A DNA stretch of 64,000 nt from Octopus sinensis. Taxonomy: Eukaryota. Each line of letters starts with the position of its first letter. Position 1 is the first letter of the stretch. The stretch spans positions 108,004,001 to 108,068,000 of the forward strand of contig NC_042997.1 in the NCBI RefSeq assembly GCF_006345805.1. The letters are read 5' to 3'. This document shows positions 11,931-25,345 of this stretch, piece after piece. The translations under genes and the position numbers were made by a program. Below the pieces are notes generated by a model, which was not told the origin of the DNA, searched no databases, and saw only the letters and a list, made by a program, of their open reading frames with translations.

Positions 11931-13284
11931 TGTGGTCTTGGTGGCATTTGAACTCAGAATGTAAGGAACTGAAAGAAATGCCACTAAGATTTCGTCTGAT
12001 ACATTAATAATTCTGTTAGCTCCCTGATTTGCTTGCTTTGCTGACTCTTGCTGCTGCTGCTACTACTATTGCTACTAATGATAATATTAATCCTTTCTAC
12101 TGTAGGCACAAGACCTGAAATTTTGTGGGGTGGAGGATAGTCAATCATATTAATTCCAATATGTAACTGGTACTTATTTCGTTGACCCCTGAAGGATGAA
12201 AGGCAAAGTCGACTTCAGCAGAATTTGAACTGAGAATGTAAGGATGGACAAAATGCCACTAATCAGGTTGCCTGGCATGTTAACGATTCTGCCAGCTCAC
12301 TGCCTTAATAATAATAATAATAACAATAATAATAATGATGATAATGACGATGAATAGCTCTGGGTTTGACTTGAAGCTGCATCCAAGGGTGGAGCTCTGG
12401 TTGAGTAGTTCCAGGGTTTGAAGAAGGTGGAACTGCCTCTTAACCACTATTGTTCCCAGGTCTATTCTGACCCTGAGTAGTAGCACCTGTGAGGGTCCCA
12501 GCTATGAGTTAACTAGCCTAGGCTTTGTGTGCAAGAGACTCTCTCTGATCTTGAACGATAATCCTCCTAGGAGATGGAAACTCCAGAATCAACTCAGGTT
12601 TGCAGGAGTCCTTTATCCTCGGGTGGAGATTCTCTTAGTGATGGTGTCATGATTGCGTGAAATTCTTCGTAGCACATAAAAACTATATTGTGTCTATTGA
12701 ATAATATTTACTGCTCACCAGATGGAGTAGTTTCTTTGTTGATCTTACCATCCTGGAACATCACATTATGGAGTGGTTGTGTGGTCAGTAGCCTGTGCTT
12801 ATTTCTGCGTAGCAGCCATACTGAAAGAAACAGTATGGAAGACGCGTGTGAGAGGCATAGTGACGGGTCCTTTTGTATCCGGCCAGGGGTTGGTTAACTA
12901 TTTTAGTTACCACCTCAGTAGTAAGATCAGGCTGGAGAAGAGGTACCTGTCACGAGATAGATTCATGAAAAGATGGAAGCAATTGGCACCAGGTAAGTGG
13001 AGTCCAAAAAAAAAGGAAAAGGAAAGAGAAAGCAAGGGTTCTACCCTGGTGATCGGATGCCTTTCCTTCAGAGAAGTCATTGCAAATCGCAATGAGTAAC
13101 ATGTTATCATGTAATTGGTAATTAATAATTTGTAATTTGTAATTTGTAAATAGTACTTTGTAATTTTTAAATTTATCATCATAAATTTTTAAACGTTATA
13201 GCAGCTACTACACCTTTTTATGTTTGTCTGTCCTTGTTTGTCCCCTCTTTGTAATGCCTTCATGGCAAATTTTATGAAATAAAG

Positions 13285-14060
13285 TAGCCTGTGCTTACCA
13301 ACCACATGGTTATGGGTTCAGTCCCACTGCGTGGCATCTTGGGCAAGTGTCTTCTACTATAGCCTTGGGTCAACCAAAGCCTTGTGAGTGGATTTGGTAG
13401 ATGGAAACTGAAAGAAGCCCATTATATATATACTAGCAGTATTGCCCGGCGTTGCTCGGGTTTGTAAGGGAAATAACTATAAAGCATTTTTAGAGAGTTA
13501 TAGCCAAAAAATAGCAAAAAAATGCATTAAAAATGGAAAAAAATGATGGTAAATTTTTTTTAAATCGTTGACTCATCGTAGACATTTTTAGAGAGTTACT
13601 TTCCTTTATAAAATAGCAGAAAAAATGCATTAAAATGGAAAAAAATGATGGTAAATTATTTTTAAAATCGTAGACTCATCGTAGATGCGCGCTAATACCC
13701 AGAAGGGCTCGATATGAATCACGACTATAAGATACCCGGTTTCGGTTAAACTGCACCGCAAAATGTGGGAGTAGTTAGGAATCTAAATCGTAGGAGACAG
13801 ACACACAACCTTACTTTTATATATAAAGATATATATGTGTGTGTGTGTGCATGTATATGTTTGTCTGTCTGTGTTTGTCCCCCAACATTGCTTGACAACT
13901 GATGCTGGTGTGTTTATGTCCCTCTAAAGTAGCGGTTCGGCAAAAGAGACCAATAGAATAAGTACTAGACTTACAAAGAATAAGTCCTGGCATTGATTTG
14001 CTTAACCTAAGGTGGTTCTCCAGCATGGCCACAGTCAAATGACCGAAACAAATAAAAGAA
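13285..14060 (+). mobile_element. tRNA-derived SINE interrupted by a Helitron (same family at 63080-63239)
   Basis: gggttcagtccc B-box-like head, cttgggcaagtgtctt core and ccagcatggccacag tail, split within a TA run. Confidence 0.7.
13433..13829 (-). mobile_element. Non-autonomous Helitron
   Basis: On minus: A|TC 5' end, subterminal hairpin CCCGAGCAACGCCGGG and CTAG|T 3' end, with no TSD. Confidence 0.85.
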
Positions 14061-15265
14061 AAAGACTATATATATATATATTTGATGGGTTTTACTTCAG
14101 TGTATGTCTACCACAGCCACTCACAGAGTTTTGATTGTCCCAGGGCCATAGTAAAAGATACCCAAAGTGTCACAAGGTGAGACTGAACCGAAGACCATAT
14201 GCTTGGATGCAAGCCTCTTAACCACAGTCATACCTGTGCCTTTACATTATATTTCATTTGAAATATATTCAAATATTTTATTAATTAAAACAATAATCAA
14301 ATTATGTAAAATATAATTGGTCTCATGTTGTAATAATTACAAGAATAATGTTGTTTCTTCAAAGCCTTTACATAAGGAACTAAAGTCAATTCTGTATTTC
14401 ATGGCAATCAGAAATGTTGGTTTTTTTGATAAATTTTGAATGAAAACCCTGGAAAATAATGATTAATATTGGTCTCTGAATATCTTAGTATGGAGACTAT
14501 CTCAGGAGAAATTTAAGACTGGCCGTCTTGAGAACTTCTGTATGATGATGATCTTGCTCTTATAACAGAATATCAAACACTAAGATGAGAAATACCAGCC
14601 ATGGAAGCAGAATTGAATATCAAGATTTTAAAGTAAATCTATCAAAAAGGAAAATAATTCTATAGTATTTTTGGAGAGTCATAATATCAAAAAGAAACAC
14701 ACTCACTGGTTCTATTTTAGTTCTTTTATTATTATTAGCCAACTTGTTAACCAGTGGTGAAGGCATATCATTGATGACATTGCAAATGATGATGAAAGAA
14801 TCCTGATGAACCTAGCTGATTGATTGATTGATTGATTGACTGAGTGATCAATCAACCAATCAACTAGTTAAATGGTCAATTAGTTGACTCATAATAACAA
14901 AAGTGTAATATAACCAGTGTGTGTGTGAAAGAGCATGTGTTTATTTTTGATTTAATGACCCACCCATGATATAACAAAATTTATTCCAACATATGATTTC
15001 ATATCAAGAATCTTGGAAACCAAATACAAAAAAGGAAAATTCTTGTAAAACCATAAAAAGACATCTTGATCTTCTCGGAAGAAGGGAGAAAAATAAGCTG
15101 GAATTTCATATGGTTGACTTTTATGTAAATTATTGATGCACAAGAGAGGCAGTAGGATCAGAGCAAGTCGACAGAGAAGAAAAATTTGATAGGTGGTTGA
15201 TACCCAGAATCAATGAGCAATAAAGGTATCCATACAGTTCTATATTTAAGAGATGAGGAATTATG

Positions 15266-15417
15266 TACATTATTTACATTTGGATATTTGTCCTCATCTT
15301 GTTTGTTGTTAACACAATGTTTTGGCTGATATACCCTCCAGCCTTCATCAGGTGTCTTGGGGAAATTTCGAACCTGGGTTCTCATTCCTAAGGTATTTTT
15401 CGATGTTATTATTATTA

Positions 15418-15453
<36 letters not shown>

Positions 15454-15560
15454 CCACTGCTTGGAATTGAACTTGGAATCTTGGTTAGTAGCCTGTGCTC
15501 TTAACCACTATACCATATGCCCACAGGCATATGGCGTAGTGGTTTGATTCCAAGCAGTGA

Positions 15561-15598
<38 letters not shown>

Positions 15599-15734
15599 TT
15601 GAAAGTTACCTTAGGAATGAGAACCCAGGTTCGAAATTTCCCCCAAGACACCTGATGAAGGCTGGAGTGTACATCAGCCGAAACGTGTTAACAGCAAACA
15701 AGATGAGGACAAATATCCGTCAAATGTAAATGTA
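15266..15734. mobile_element. Head-to-head inverted pair of tRNA-head/(AAT)n/hammerhead composite units
   Basis: Centre ccatatgcc-caca-ggcatatgg. A-box TGGCGTAGTGG and B-box-like GTTCAATTCC are present. Both arms carry GACAC-CTGATGA-A-GGCTG..CAGCC-(G)AAAC...GTGTT, and each is damaged. Confidence 0.7.
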
Positions 15735-15938
15735 GGGTATCCATGGAAGAAATACCTTTGATCACAAGGTCTGCTTAACCAGGAATGGTCAGTCTGGTAA
15801 TTATCCCAAAGCATAGGAGGGGTAGATTAATGTAAAAGTCACTATGATGAAATATTTTAAAATTCAGATTTGAGATGTTAAAATCTTGGTGAAATCTCGT
15901 TGATTTACTGATTTCTTCTAATTGTGTTCATTTTTCAG

Positions 15939-16057
15939 GTTCCCATGATTGCCGTTTATTCTCTCTCAGACCAAATCTTGGTGTGTATTTACCTTCGGGT
16001 TATAATGACCACTTCATGTACATGAACCAAGGACAACAAACCATTCCAAATGGAATA
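15939..16057 (+). CDS. MEAK7: MEAK7 exon, TLDc middle
   Basis: Acceptor tttttcAG at 15937-38 and donor GTAAGT at 16058. Encodes (G)SHDCRLFSLRPNLGVYLPSGYNDHFMYMNQGQQTIPNGI. Confidence 0.95.
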
Positions 16058-16199
16058 GTAAGTTCATTCATTTTACCTGTTCAGATCATCAGCATTTACA
16101 ATTTATTCCATCATTATCATCATCCTAGATTGGCTTTCCACGCTGGTTTGGATTGGACAGGTGGTTATAATCCAGATCAAAAATCAATGGAAATTGTAG

Positions 16200-16525
16200 T
16201 TGTGATACCTGTGCCGGTGGCACGTAAAAAGATCCATCCGAACATGGCCGTTGCCAGCGCCACCTCGACTGGCCTGCATGCCGGTGGCACATAAAAAGCA
16301 CCAACTGATCGTGGCTGTTGCCAGCCTCACCTGGCACCTGTGCCGGTGGCATGTAAAAAAGCACCCACTACACTCACGGAGTGGTTGGCGTTAGGAAGGG
16401 CATCCAGCTGTAGAAACACTGCCAGATCGGACTGGTGCCTGGTGCAGCCTCCTGGCTTCCCAGACCCCAGTCAAACCGTCCAACCCATGCTAGCACGGAA
16501 AACAGACGTTAAACGATGATGATGA
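16200..16525 (+). mobile_element. RTE 3'UTR fragment (further copies at 7440-7700 -, 8680-8820 -, 17730-18085 +, 18625-18810 +)
   Basis: Shared ggttggcgttaggaagggcatccagctgtagaaac...aacccatgctagcatggaaa...(TGA)n tail. Confidence 0.85.
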
Positions 16526-17066
16526 ATTCTTATTCAAGGTTACTACTTTGTCAGATGAATCTGGAGGACCATATTTTATTCATACAAACTATTTTCCATG
16601 TGGTTTCCATGGCTGGATGGTTTTCCTATCACCAACCTTTTTTTTAGAGTGTATTCGGTGCTTTTTATCATGGCACCAGCAATGGGGAGAATACCATGTC
16701 TTTGTCAAGACAAGATTAAAGGTTCCTCTCATCCCTCCGCTGCCATCATATATCAACTAACCCTTTTACAAAGTCTACTGGGTGTGTTTTATCATGACAC
16801 TAGCATTAATGGGGTGGCCGGGTACTCTACGAGAGAAAGGAGACGTTATTGCTTTGTTGTCTCTGTTTAGTGTTTAACAGGGCAGGTAGAAGAGAATGTG
16901 ATTGTTGATGATGAGTTAAGGTGAGAGGGGGGCAAGAGTATAGCTGGGGGTGGGGAACAGTGACAGAATGAAGAGGGAGAGAGACAGAGATGTTTGCTGC
17001 AACAAGAGAGAGTAATGGAAAGGGTTGTTGTCAATAATGAGCAGTCTGTGTAATGGTTAGTAGTTC

Positions 17067-17297
17067 AGGTGAGCTGGCAGAATCGTTAGCATGCTGGGTG
17101 AAATGCTAAGCGGTATTTCGTCTGCCATTACGTTCTGAGTTCAAATTCCATTGAGGTCGACTTTGCCTTTCATCCTTTCAGGGTTGATTAAATAAGTACC
17201 AGATACGCACTGGGGTCGATATAATCGACTTAATCCGTTTGTCTGTCCTTGTTTGTCCCTTCTGTGTTTAGCCCCTTGTGGGTAGTAAAGAAATAGG
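17067..17297 (+). mobile_element. tRNA-derived SINE (family also at 12100-12302 -, 34945-35097 -, 49422-49760 -, 58355-58568 -, and many decayed copies at 22700-27200)
   Basis: gagctggcagaatcgttag A-box, ctgagttcaaattcc B-box and tttcatcctttcggggtcgataaa body. Confidence 0.85.
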
Positions 17298-18892
17298 TTT
17301 GCAGTTCAGTAGGATAACATTGCCTTGTTAGAGAGAGTGATGGTTAGTCATGGAAAAGGATGATGCAAGAAATTGAAGGGCAAGGCAGGTAAGTGATGGT
17401 GGTGGTAAGGGGTGTTCCAGATACGCAAAATTTTGGATGGAATTTCTTGTTACTGAAAGAGAAAGGATGGGTTGGGAAATAAGGATGGCAATGGGGATGG
17501 GGGTTGAGGGTAAGTGGTAGAGAGATGAAAAAGTACTGAACAAGCAGGAAGGGAGTGATGTGGTTTCTGGTTCAATCTCACTCTGCATCACATTGCCCTC
17601 CACCTTCCTTACTTCCTACTCTTGTATTAAATACCTTTGCTTTTTCCTCACTAGATTTCTCTTTCTCTTTCCACTCCCCCTGCTTTCTACCAGTCTTGTA
17701 ATTACATTTATATCGATGGCACATTAAACACACCATTCGAGCATGATAGTTACCTGCATCGCCTTACTAGCACTTGTGCTGGGGTCATGTGAAACATTCG
17801 GGCGAGTTCGTCGCCAGTGCCGCTGGACTGGCTCCTGTGCAGGTGGCACATAAAAAGCACCATTTGGGCATGGCCGTTGCCAGTACCACCAAACTGGCCC
17901 TCGTGCTGGTGGCACGTAAAAGCACCCACTACACTCTCAGAGTGATTGGCGTTAGGAAGGGCATCCAGCTGTAGAAACTCTGCCAGATCAGATTGGAGTC
18001 TGGTTCACCAGACCTCAGTCAAATCGTCCAATCCATGCTAGCATGGAAAGCGGACGTTAAATGATGATGATGATGATGATGATCTCTTCCTTGTTGTGTC
18101 ATCTTTTCATAGAACCTCATTATGCTGTCCCAAACAGATTCTCTTTTCATTACTCACCTCACACCTCTTGCTATGTCACTTGTCTGCTTTATCTCTACCC
18201 CTCCTCACTTGCCTGCTCTCACCCTCAAATACCCTCACATATATACTGCAACACTTACCCCAAGCATCACATATTTCTCTCCATCATTTACTCCAGTCAC
18301 CCCATCTTGCTCGCTCACCACCCAGCCCAAGCCAATATATCACCTCACCTATTCTCACCACATCCAAAGTCCCTTGAGAACACATTTCTACCATCATCTC
18401 TCTCACTACCACCCCTTTTATCTTACTCTCCAACTCTCTCTCTCTCTCTCTCTCTCCCCTTTGTTTTCCAACTGCGGTGTCCATGTTTCTACTCTACAGC
18501 AAGACACCCATGTCTGTCCCCTCTATATCTTAAATCTCTCAACTGGCACAAAGCCACACCCCCTCAATACTATTCACCCCTCCCAGTTGAGGGATTTTTG
18601 TCTTACAAGCCACTTAGTGACCCTGTCGGTGCTGGTGCCAGGTAAAAAGCACCAAGTACACTCTGTGAAGGGGTTGGCATTAGGAAGGGCATCCAACTGT
18701 AGAAACCCAGCCAAAACAGACTGTGGTGTGGCTCCTGGCCTTGCCAGCTCCTGTCAAACCATCCAACCCATGCCAGCATTGAAAACAGATGTTAAATGGA
18801 GATGATGATTTTATCCCTAAATAGGGTGGCTCTGTGTCCCTTCAACCCTTTTATTCTTCTGGTTTCAGTAAATTGTTTCTGTTTTATTTCAG

Positions 18893-19075
18893 GGAATGGG
18901 TGGACAGTTGCATTATTTTGGTTTATGGATTGATGAAAGCTTCGACACTGGCCACAGTAAAGCCATTCCAAAGTGTACCACCTACAACAGTCCGCAGTTA
19001 TCTGGACAGACAGAGTTCCACGTTGACGCTATTGAAGTATGGAGCATTCAGTCTTTGGTTCCAGAAGCGTCGCAG
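18893..19075 (+). CDS. MEAK7: MEAK7 exon, TLDc C-terminal part
   Basis: Acceptor ttttatttcAG at 18891-92 and donor GT at 19076. Encodes GMGGQLHYFGLWIDESFDTGHSKAIPKCTTYNSPQLSGQTEFHVDAIEVWS. Confidence 0.95.
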
Positions 19076-19124
19076 GTATAAAAAGAAATTAGAAAATACA
19101 CCTCAATTCTAATGATTATATTGG

Positions 19125-19905
19125 CCAAGTAATTAGGCTATATTAATTATAGTGACCAAGTATATGTTATTTATGGTGACCAAGTATATATTAATTATGG
19201 TGACCAAGTATATATTAATTATAGTGACCAAGACTATATTAATTATAGTAACCAAGTATATATTAATTATAGTGACCAAGTATATATTAATTATAGTAAC
19301 CAAGTATGTATTAATTATGGTGACCAAGTATATATTAATTATGGTGATCAAGTATATATTAATTATAGTGACCAAGACTATATTAATTATCGTGACCAAG
19401 TATATATTAATTATGGTGACCAAGTATATATTAATTATAGTGACCAAGACTATATTAATTATCGTGACCAAGTATATATTAATTATAGTGACCAAGTATA
19501 TATTAATTATAGTAACCAAGTATGTATTAATTATGGTGACCAAGTATATATTAATTATAGTGACCAAGACTATATTAATTATCGTGACCAAGTATATATT
19601 AATTATAGTGACTAAGTATATATTAATTATAGTGACCAAGTATATATTAATTATGGTGACCAAGTATATATTAATTATGGCGACCTAGTATATATTAATT
19701 ATAGTGACCAAGACTATATTAATTATAGTGACCAAGTATATATTAATTATAGTGACCAAGTATATATTAATTATGGCGACCAAGTATGTATTAATTATGG
19801 TGACCAAGTATATATTAATTATGGTGACCAAGACTATATTAATTATAGTGACCAAGACTATATTAATTATAGTGACCAAGACTATATTAATTATAGTGAC
19901 CAAGT
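19125..19905. repeat. 24-bp minisatellite, ~32 copies, in the last MEAK7 intron
   Basis: Unit gtgaccaagtatatattaattata with variants. The 8-aa periodic ORFs here are artefacts. Confidence 0.95.
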
Positions 19906-19976
19906 ATGTGTGCATGTCATGTATGTATATGCATATGTGTGTATGTTTAATATAGTTATTTTTGAATCTGTTTCAG

Positions 19977-20087
19977 GGAGGAGGCAGCATTCTTGATGCG
20001 AATGCTGATGCCAAAGCACTTTTGGATATGATTGGCAAGGAGCGACATAGTGAAGGATTCCGCAATCCAGATAATGAATCATTGTGA
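19977..20087 (+). CDS. MEAK7: MEAK7 last coding exon with stop codon
   Basis: Acceptor tctgtttcAG at 19975-76. Encodes GGGSILDANADAKALLDMIGKERHSEGFRNPDNESL, with TGA at 20085-87. Confidence 0.93.
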   Translation, partial: GGGSILDANADAKALLDMIGKERHSEGFRNPDNESL

Positions 20088-20470
20088 CATAACTTCTTAT
20101 TATCATTGTTTTTATTATTATTATTATTATTATAAGTAAACCTTTGACATTTCCACAATAGAAGAAGACAATCTTCATTTTATGGTCCAATACAAACAGT
20201 TTTATTTTCTCTGCTTCAACTGTAATAATAATAGTAATAATATCTAAATGAAAACTACCTGTGTACATAATTAGTAACTGTATTAATTACAGGTATTAAC
20301 TATCTTTGTTACCATCTTCTGGATGTAGCTTCTTAAAGCAATTTTTGGCTGCTTCTGCAAAATTTATTGCAACAATAATGTATTATTTGTTCTTCTGTCT
20401 TGAAATGAAGCAATACCTTTTTTCTTCCAAGTGCCGTAATTTATTTAATTACTATTAAATTATTATTTAA

Positions 20471-20510
20471 AATAAATCTCATAACTGAGATGAAAATTTA
20501 ATAAATAAAA
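20471..20510 (+). terminator. Candidate polyadenylation signals of MEAK7
   Basis: AATAAA at 20471 and ~20500, about 400 nt after the stop. The region is AT-rich, so a chance match is possible. Confidence 0.35.
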
Positions 20511-20984
20511 AAAAATGATTGAAAAATATCTTGAAATAATGATAATTAATAATTTAATTTTATCATTAATTTGTTTATCAAATAGAAAACATTATTTTAA
20601 TAATTAAATTTATGAAAAATAAAAAACATGCATTGAAGACTTTAATTCTTATTGCCCCTCCCCCACCTCCATCCTTTGTCGTGCTCCCTGTACACTAGTT
20701 ATTTAATCCTGTTTTTGGTTTGTTGCCTCCCCTCTTAGTTTTCTATAAAGTCTCAGTATTTATTGTGAGACTGCAACAAAATCATCTTAAATTATTGCCC
20801 AGATACCTTTTAAAGGGGTTTTCAATGATGTTTATCTAAATTCTGTGAAACTTATTTATTACTACTCAATATTTACTTGGCATATCATATTTAATTAAAC
20901 CCAACTAAAATGAATTTTGTCCCCAAAATATCAGGATATTTGTTATAGAGAATATCTTGCTTTTATGTTAGTATTTATAATGAG

Positions 20985-21236
20985 CTTATAATCTCCCACC
21001 ATCGTATTATAATCTCCCACCAACATATTAAAATGTCCCACCTATGTATCAAAATGTCCCACCAACGTATTATAATGTCCCACCAACGTATTATAATGTC
21101 CCACCAACGTATTAAAATGTCCCAACAACATATTATAATGTCCCACTAATATATTATAATGTCCCAACAACATATAATGTCCCACCGACATATTATAATG
21201 TCCCAGCAACGTATTATAATGTCCCAGCAACATATC
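20985..21236. repeat. 21-bp minisatellite, ~11-12 copies
   Basis: Unit aatgtcccaccaacgtattat. Confidence 0.9.
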
Positions 21237-21725
21237 AAAAAAGCTATTATATTTAAAATTTACTTTGCTGTAGATTCTCTGTGAAATATTAAAATAAGTT
21301 ACTATTATTCTTTACCATTTCTTCTTGGATTCCTCTCCCCTCTGTCAGAAATTCCATTAATGTCTGGGAAACTATTAGTTTGAGTCTTGTGTATTCTGAG
21401 GTTTCAGCTGCCATTCTCCTCCCCACTGTTCTGTGAATTCTTCCCCATCTGTGTATTATTCATCCATTTCTACAGTCTGTCTGCTGGTTTCACTCACAAT
21501 TATCTGTCATTCCAACATGTTGCTAATGGAAAATAGCAACATGTTTACACATTCTTGAAGTTTTCAATAAACCTTCATCATCAATCATCCTTAATCCTAC
21601 TCTGTATCTCAATGACTTAAGAATCATCAGTCATCTTTAATCCCATTCTGCATTTCAATAACTTAAATTTTTGATTGATCAAAACAGTTCAGACACACTC
21701 TCTCAGGCTTAATTTCACATCAACA

Positions 21726-21758
<33 letters not shown>

Positions 21759-24700
21759 CACCACCACCACCACCACCAATAATAATAATAATAATAATAA
21801 TAATGGAAGATAGACGTTAAATGACGACGACAAATGAAATGATAATAATAACTGACAATTGTGCAGTGTTCATAGATTATAAATGTACATAAAAATGTTA
21901 ATTATATAATTATGTCAATTAAAAGCTATCAGAGTTAATTATAGAATATTATTTCTTAGACTTTCAAGTTCCATATTTAACGAGGTGTTTAGTTTCTCCT
22001 AATTCCAAAGAAATCCAGAAATATCAATCAATGAATTTTTGTTAATTTATTTAAAAATTTTACCGTAATAATCTATTAATGGCTCATTAGCAACAGTTGC
22101 TAATCTACCTTTGGCAAATGCATTGTTAGCAACATACAAATTGTTTTTGTTGCTTTGAAAGAATTGTTTTTTTTAAAAATTTATTTTCATTTTTGTTGTT
22201 GGTTTTACTGTCAGTGGTCACTTTTTAGCTAAGTTACAGTTACTGCTAATAATAATAATAATAGTAATTATATACTTAACTCAATAGTTAATATCACAGT
22301 CTCAACCAGATTTTTGTATGCATGTTATACATCGCTGGTCACAATGCACTTTACATTGTTTTAGCTTTCAAACGACATCACCCTGCTAGCTAGGCAAACA
22401 GACCAACATTTCCCCCCATCCCGATCCAAAGGCTAACCCATCAAAGGGTTACCCATTTACGGCTTAGATGGACTGGATTAATAGGAAATGAAGTGTTTTG
22501 CTCAAGAACACAATGCATTGCCTGGTCTGGGAATTGAACCCATAATCTAATGATTGTAAGTGCAACACCTTAACCACTAGGCTACACTAATAATGCTTAA
22601 TATAGTTAATTCTAATAATGTTTTATATAATTAACTTAGTATTATCAATTATACTAATATGCTTAATGTAACCAAAGTAATTATCTAGTTAATGATATTT
22701 TATATAATTAATATTAATAATGACTAACTTGATAATTATACTTTATACACTTAATACTAATGTTGGTTTCAGATCTTTGGCACAAGGCCAACAATTTCGG
22801 GGTGGGGGAAAGGGTTAAGTTGATTACATCAACCCCAGCACTCAACTGGTACTTAATTTCTTGATCCCAAAAGGATGAAAAGCAGGGTTGACCTTTGGAA
22901 TTTGCATTCAGAATGTGAACATCGATGAAATGGTGCTGAGAGTTTGGCCCTGCGTGGGAGTGATTCTGCTAGCTCAGTGTTTTAGTTAACCTAATATTAA
23001 TGAGTTTCTATGTTTAAATTAACATTAATATTGCAGTTTAATTAACTCTAATTAATATCGTTGACTGGCATGCTGGGCAAAGTGCTTTGTGATATTTTGT
23101 TCACCTTTGAGATCAAATTCTGTTATGGTTGATTTCATCCTTTTGGGGTCAGTAAAGTGAATATCAATTGAGTATTAGGGTCGATGTAATTGACTTACCT
23201 CCTCCCACAAAGTTGTTGGCCCCTGTGCCGAAATTTGAAACAATTTAACTGGTTCGTTGGAATGTCTGACAAAATGTCGTTTAGTTTCTCTTGTGATTTT
23301 TTTTATATTGTTACTTCAAACCCTGCTGAGCTTAACTTTTATCATCCTCTTCTCTGGGTCAGTAAAATAAAGGGCCAGTCAAATTCCGGGGTCAGTGCTA
23401 TTGATTGAACTCCCCCACCCTCACCCCCAAATTGCTGACCTTGTGCCTTGTTAGCTGTCAGAATTGCTTGCAGCATTTGTTCCAACTCTTTACATTTGGA
23501 GTTCAAATCCTGCTGTGGGCAACTTGTCCTTTCATCCCTCTGGGGTTTGATTTCAATAAAGTATCAGTCTTGGGATGGGGAGGGGTGTGCTGAGGGTATT
23601 GATTGACCTTCTCTCTTCAAAATTGTTGATCTTCTTTCTTAAATTAGAAACCAAGGCAGTGAACTGGTAGAATCGGATAAAAATACCTTCCATTATTTCT
23701 TTTCACTCTTTTACCTTCTCAATTCAAATCCCTCCGAGATCAACTATGTCTTTCATCTTAAAATAAAATACCTGTCATGTTCTGGGGTTGATGTAACTGA
23801 CTAACCTCATTCCATAAGCATTGCTGGCCTTGAGCCAAAAATTTGAAGCAATTATAATCATTGAGGTCAACCTTGCCTTTCATTGTTTGAGGGTTGTTGA
23901 AATAAGTACTAGTTGAATATTGGGGGTCAATGTAATTGACAAGCCTCTTCTCCGAAACTTTCAGGCCTTGTGCCTAGAGTAGAAAGGATTTTATTTTTTT
24001 TATTAGAAGTAGTAGTAACAACAAATATTGCTCTTTCTTAAATCCGTTAATTACCACCTTTCTATTAACTGACTTTCATTTCCAGTGCCTTTTGTAGCAA
24101 TCCCCTCTGCCTCTCCTACACATTATGTCCACCTGTCCCCTAAGCAGCTGTTCTATATATGTGAGACAATATCTGTCCATTTTACATAATCTTGCTTCAC
24201 TGCAATGTCAGTGTTTTGTTTGTGAGGTTGTTAACCAAAATCACAGCTGTTGCTTCAGGCTGTCTCAGTTATCTCCCCTGCTACTGTCTCCACTAGGTGG
24301 TGCTTCCTCTTTTGTGCTTCATCGGGCAGCTTATATGTGATTTAGTTGCATTCATTGAACTGTGTCTCTCTCTTGTTTTTTACCTGATTTTTCCCTCTCT
24401 CCACTCTGGCTTTCTCTACTAAATCTACTCTGAACTTCACATTTATTTGTAACTTCATTTATTTATCACAAATTTTAAAATTTCATTTTTAAACTTTGGA
24501 ATTCATCTTTTGAGATATAAACTTTAGAATTGATTTATTGAGATTTAAACTGAAGATTTGTACAGTTTGTTTGATTGGTTTCCTTTATTTGTTGTTGTTG
24601 TTTTAAACATTACTATAAGACTTTGTTATTGCTATTATTAATAATAAGTGAGCTGGTAGAATTGTTAGCAGTCCCAGCAAAAAGTATTGGGGTTGATGTA

Positions 24701-25095
24701 GCCAACTTGATCCTTCCCTTTGAAATTGCTGGCCTGCAAAATTGTGCAGAATTATTGGTGCAGCAGACAAATATGCTGAGTGGCATTTCATTTGGCTCTT
24801 AACATGCTGAGTTCAAATCCTGCTCTGGTTAACTTTGTCTTTCATCCTATCTGAGAAGGTAAAATATAGAACCAAATTCCAGGCTTTGTGCCCATATTAC
24901 AAACTATTATTATTGGTTTCAAGACCAGTAATTTCAGGAGAAAAGGGTAAGTTGATTACACTGACTCCAGTACATGACTGGTACTTATTTCATTGACCCT
25001 GAAAGAATGAAAGGCATAGTTGACCTCAGTGGAATTTGAACTCAGAGCATAAAGATTTTGTCAGATGTGGTTATGTTTCTGCCAGCTTGCCTTAC

Positions 25096-25132
<37 letters not shown>

Positions 25133-25297
25133 GCTGTTGTCTTTAATAGTTTCATGCAAGTTCCTACTGCATCACCAGACTCACCTCCATGTTCTTGCTG
25201 TGTATTTGTGCTCTTGGTCTTTGTTTATTTCATTGGTTTTTGCTTGTTTTTGGTGCTATTCTAATATTCAAGTAGTGTCACTTGTGGTGTGTATATG

Positions 25298-25345
<48 letters not shown>

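Larger units (their letters stand above)
6615..20087 (+). other. MEAK7: MEAK7/TLDC1-like gene, 3' portion (5 coding exons; 5' exons not found in window)
   Basis: The spliced translation ...DKNRDSNEFELSETEVEIWLLKASLFRKIFDTVFFKCF...WTLLFSSRLHGNSFSQL...GPTVLIIQDKDKHCFGG...YNDHFMYMNQGQQTIPNGIGMGGQLHYFGLWID...CTTYNSPQLS...SILDANADAKALLDMIGKERHSEGFR matches the recalled MEAK7 TLDc domain and C-terminal tail. Exon phases join as 1/0/1/0/0. Confidence 0.93.

Noticed and set aside
19133-19955. ORFs with an 8-aa periodicity
   Set aside because: They translate the intronic 24-bp minisatellite.
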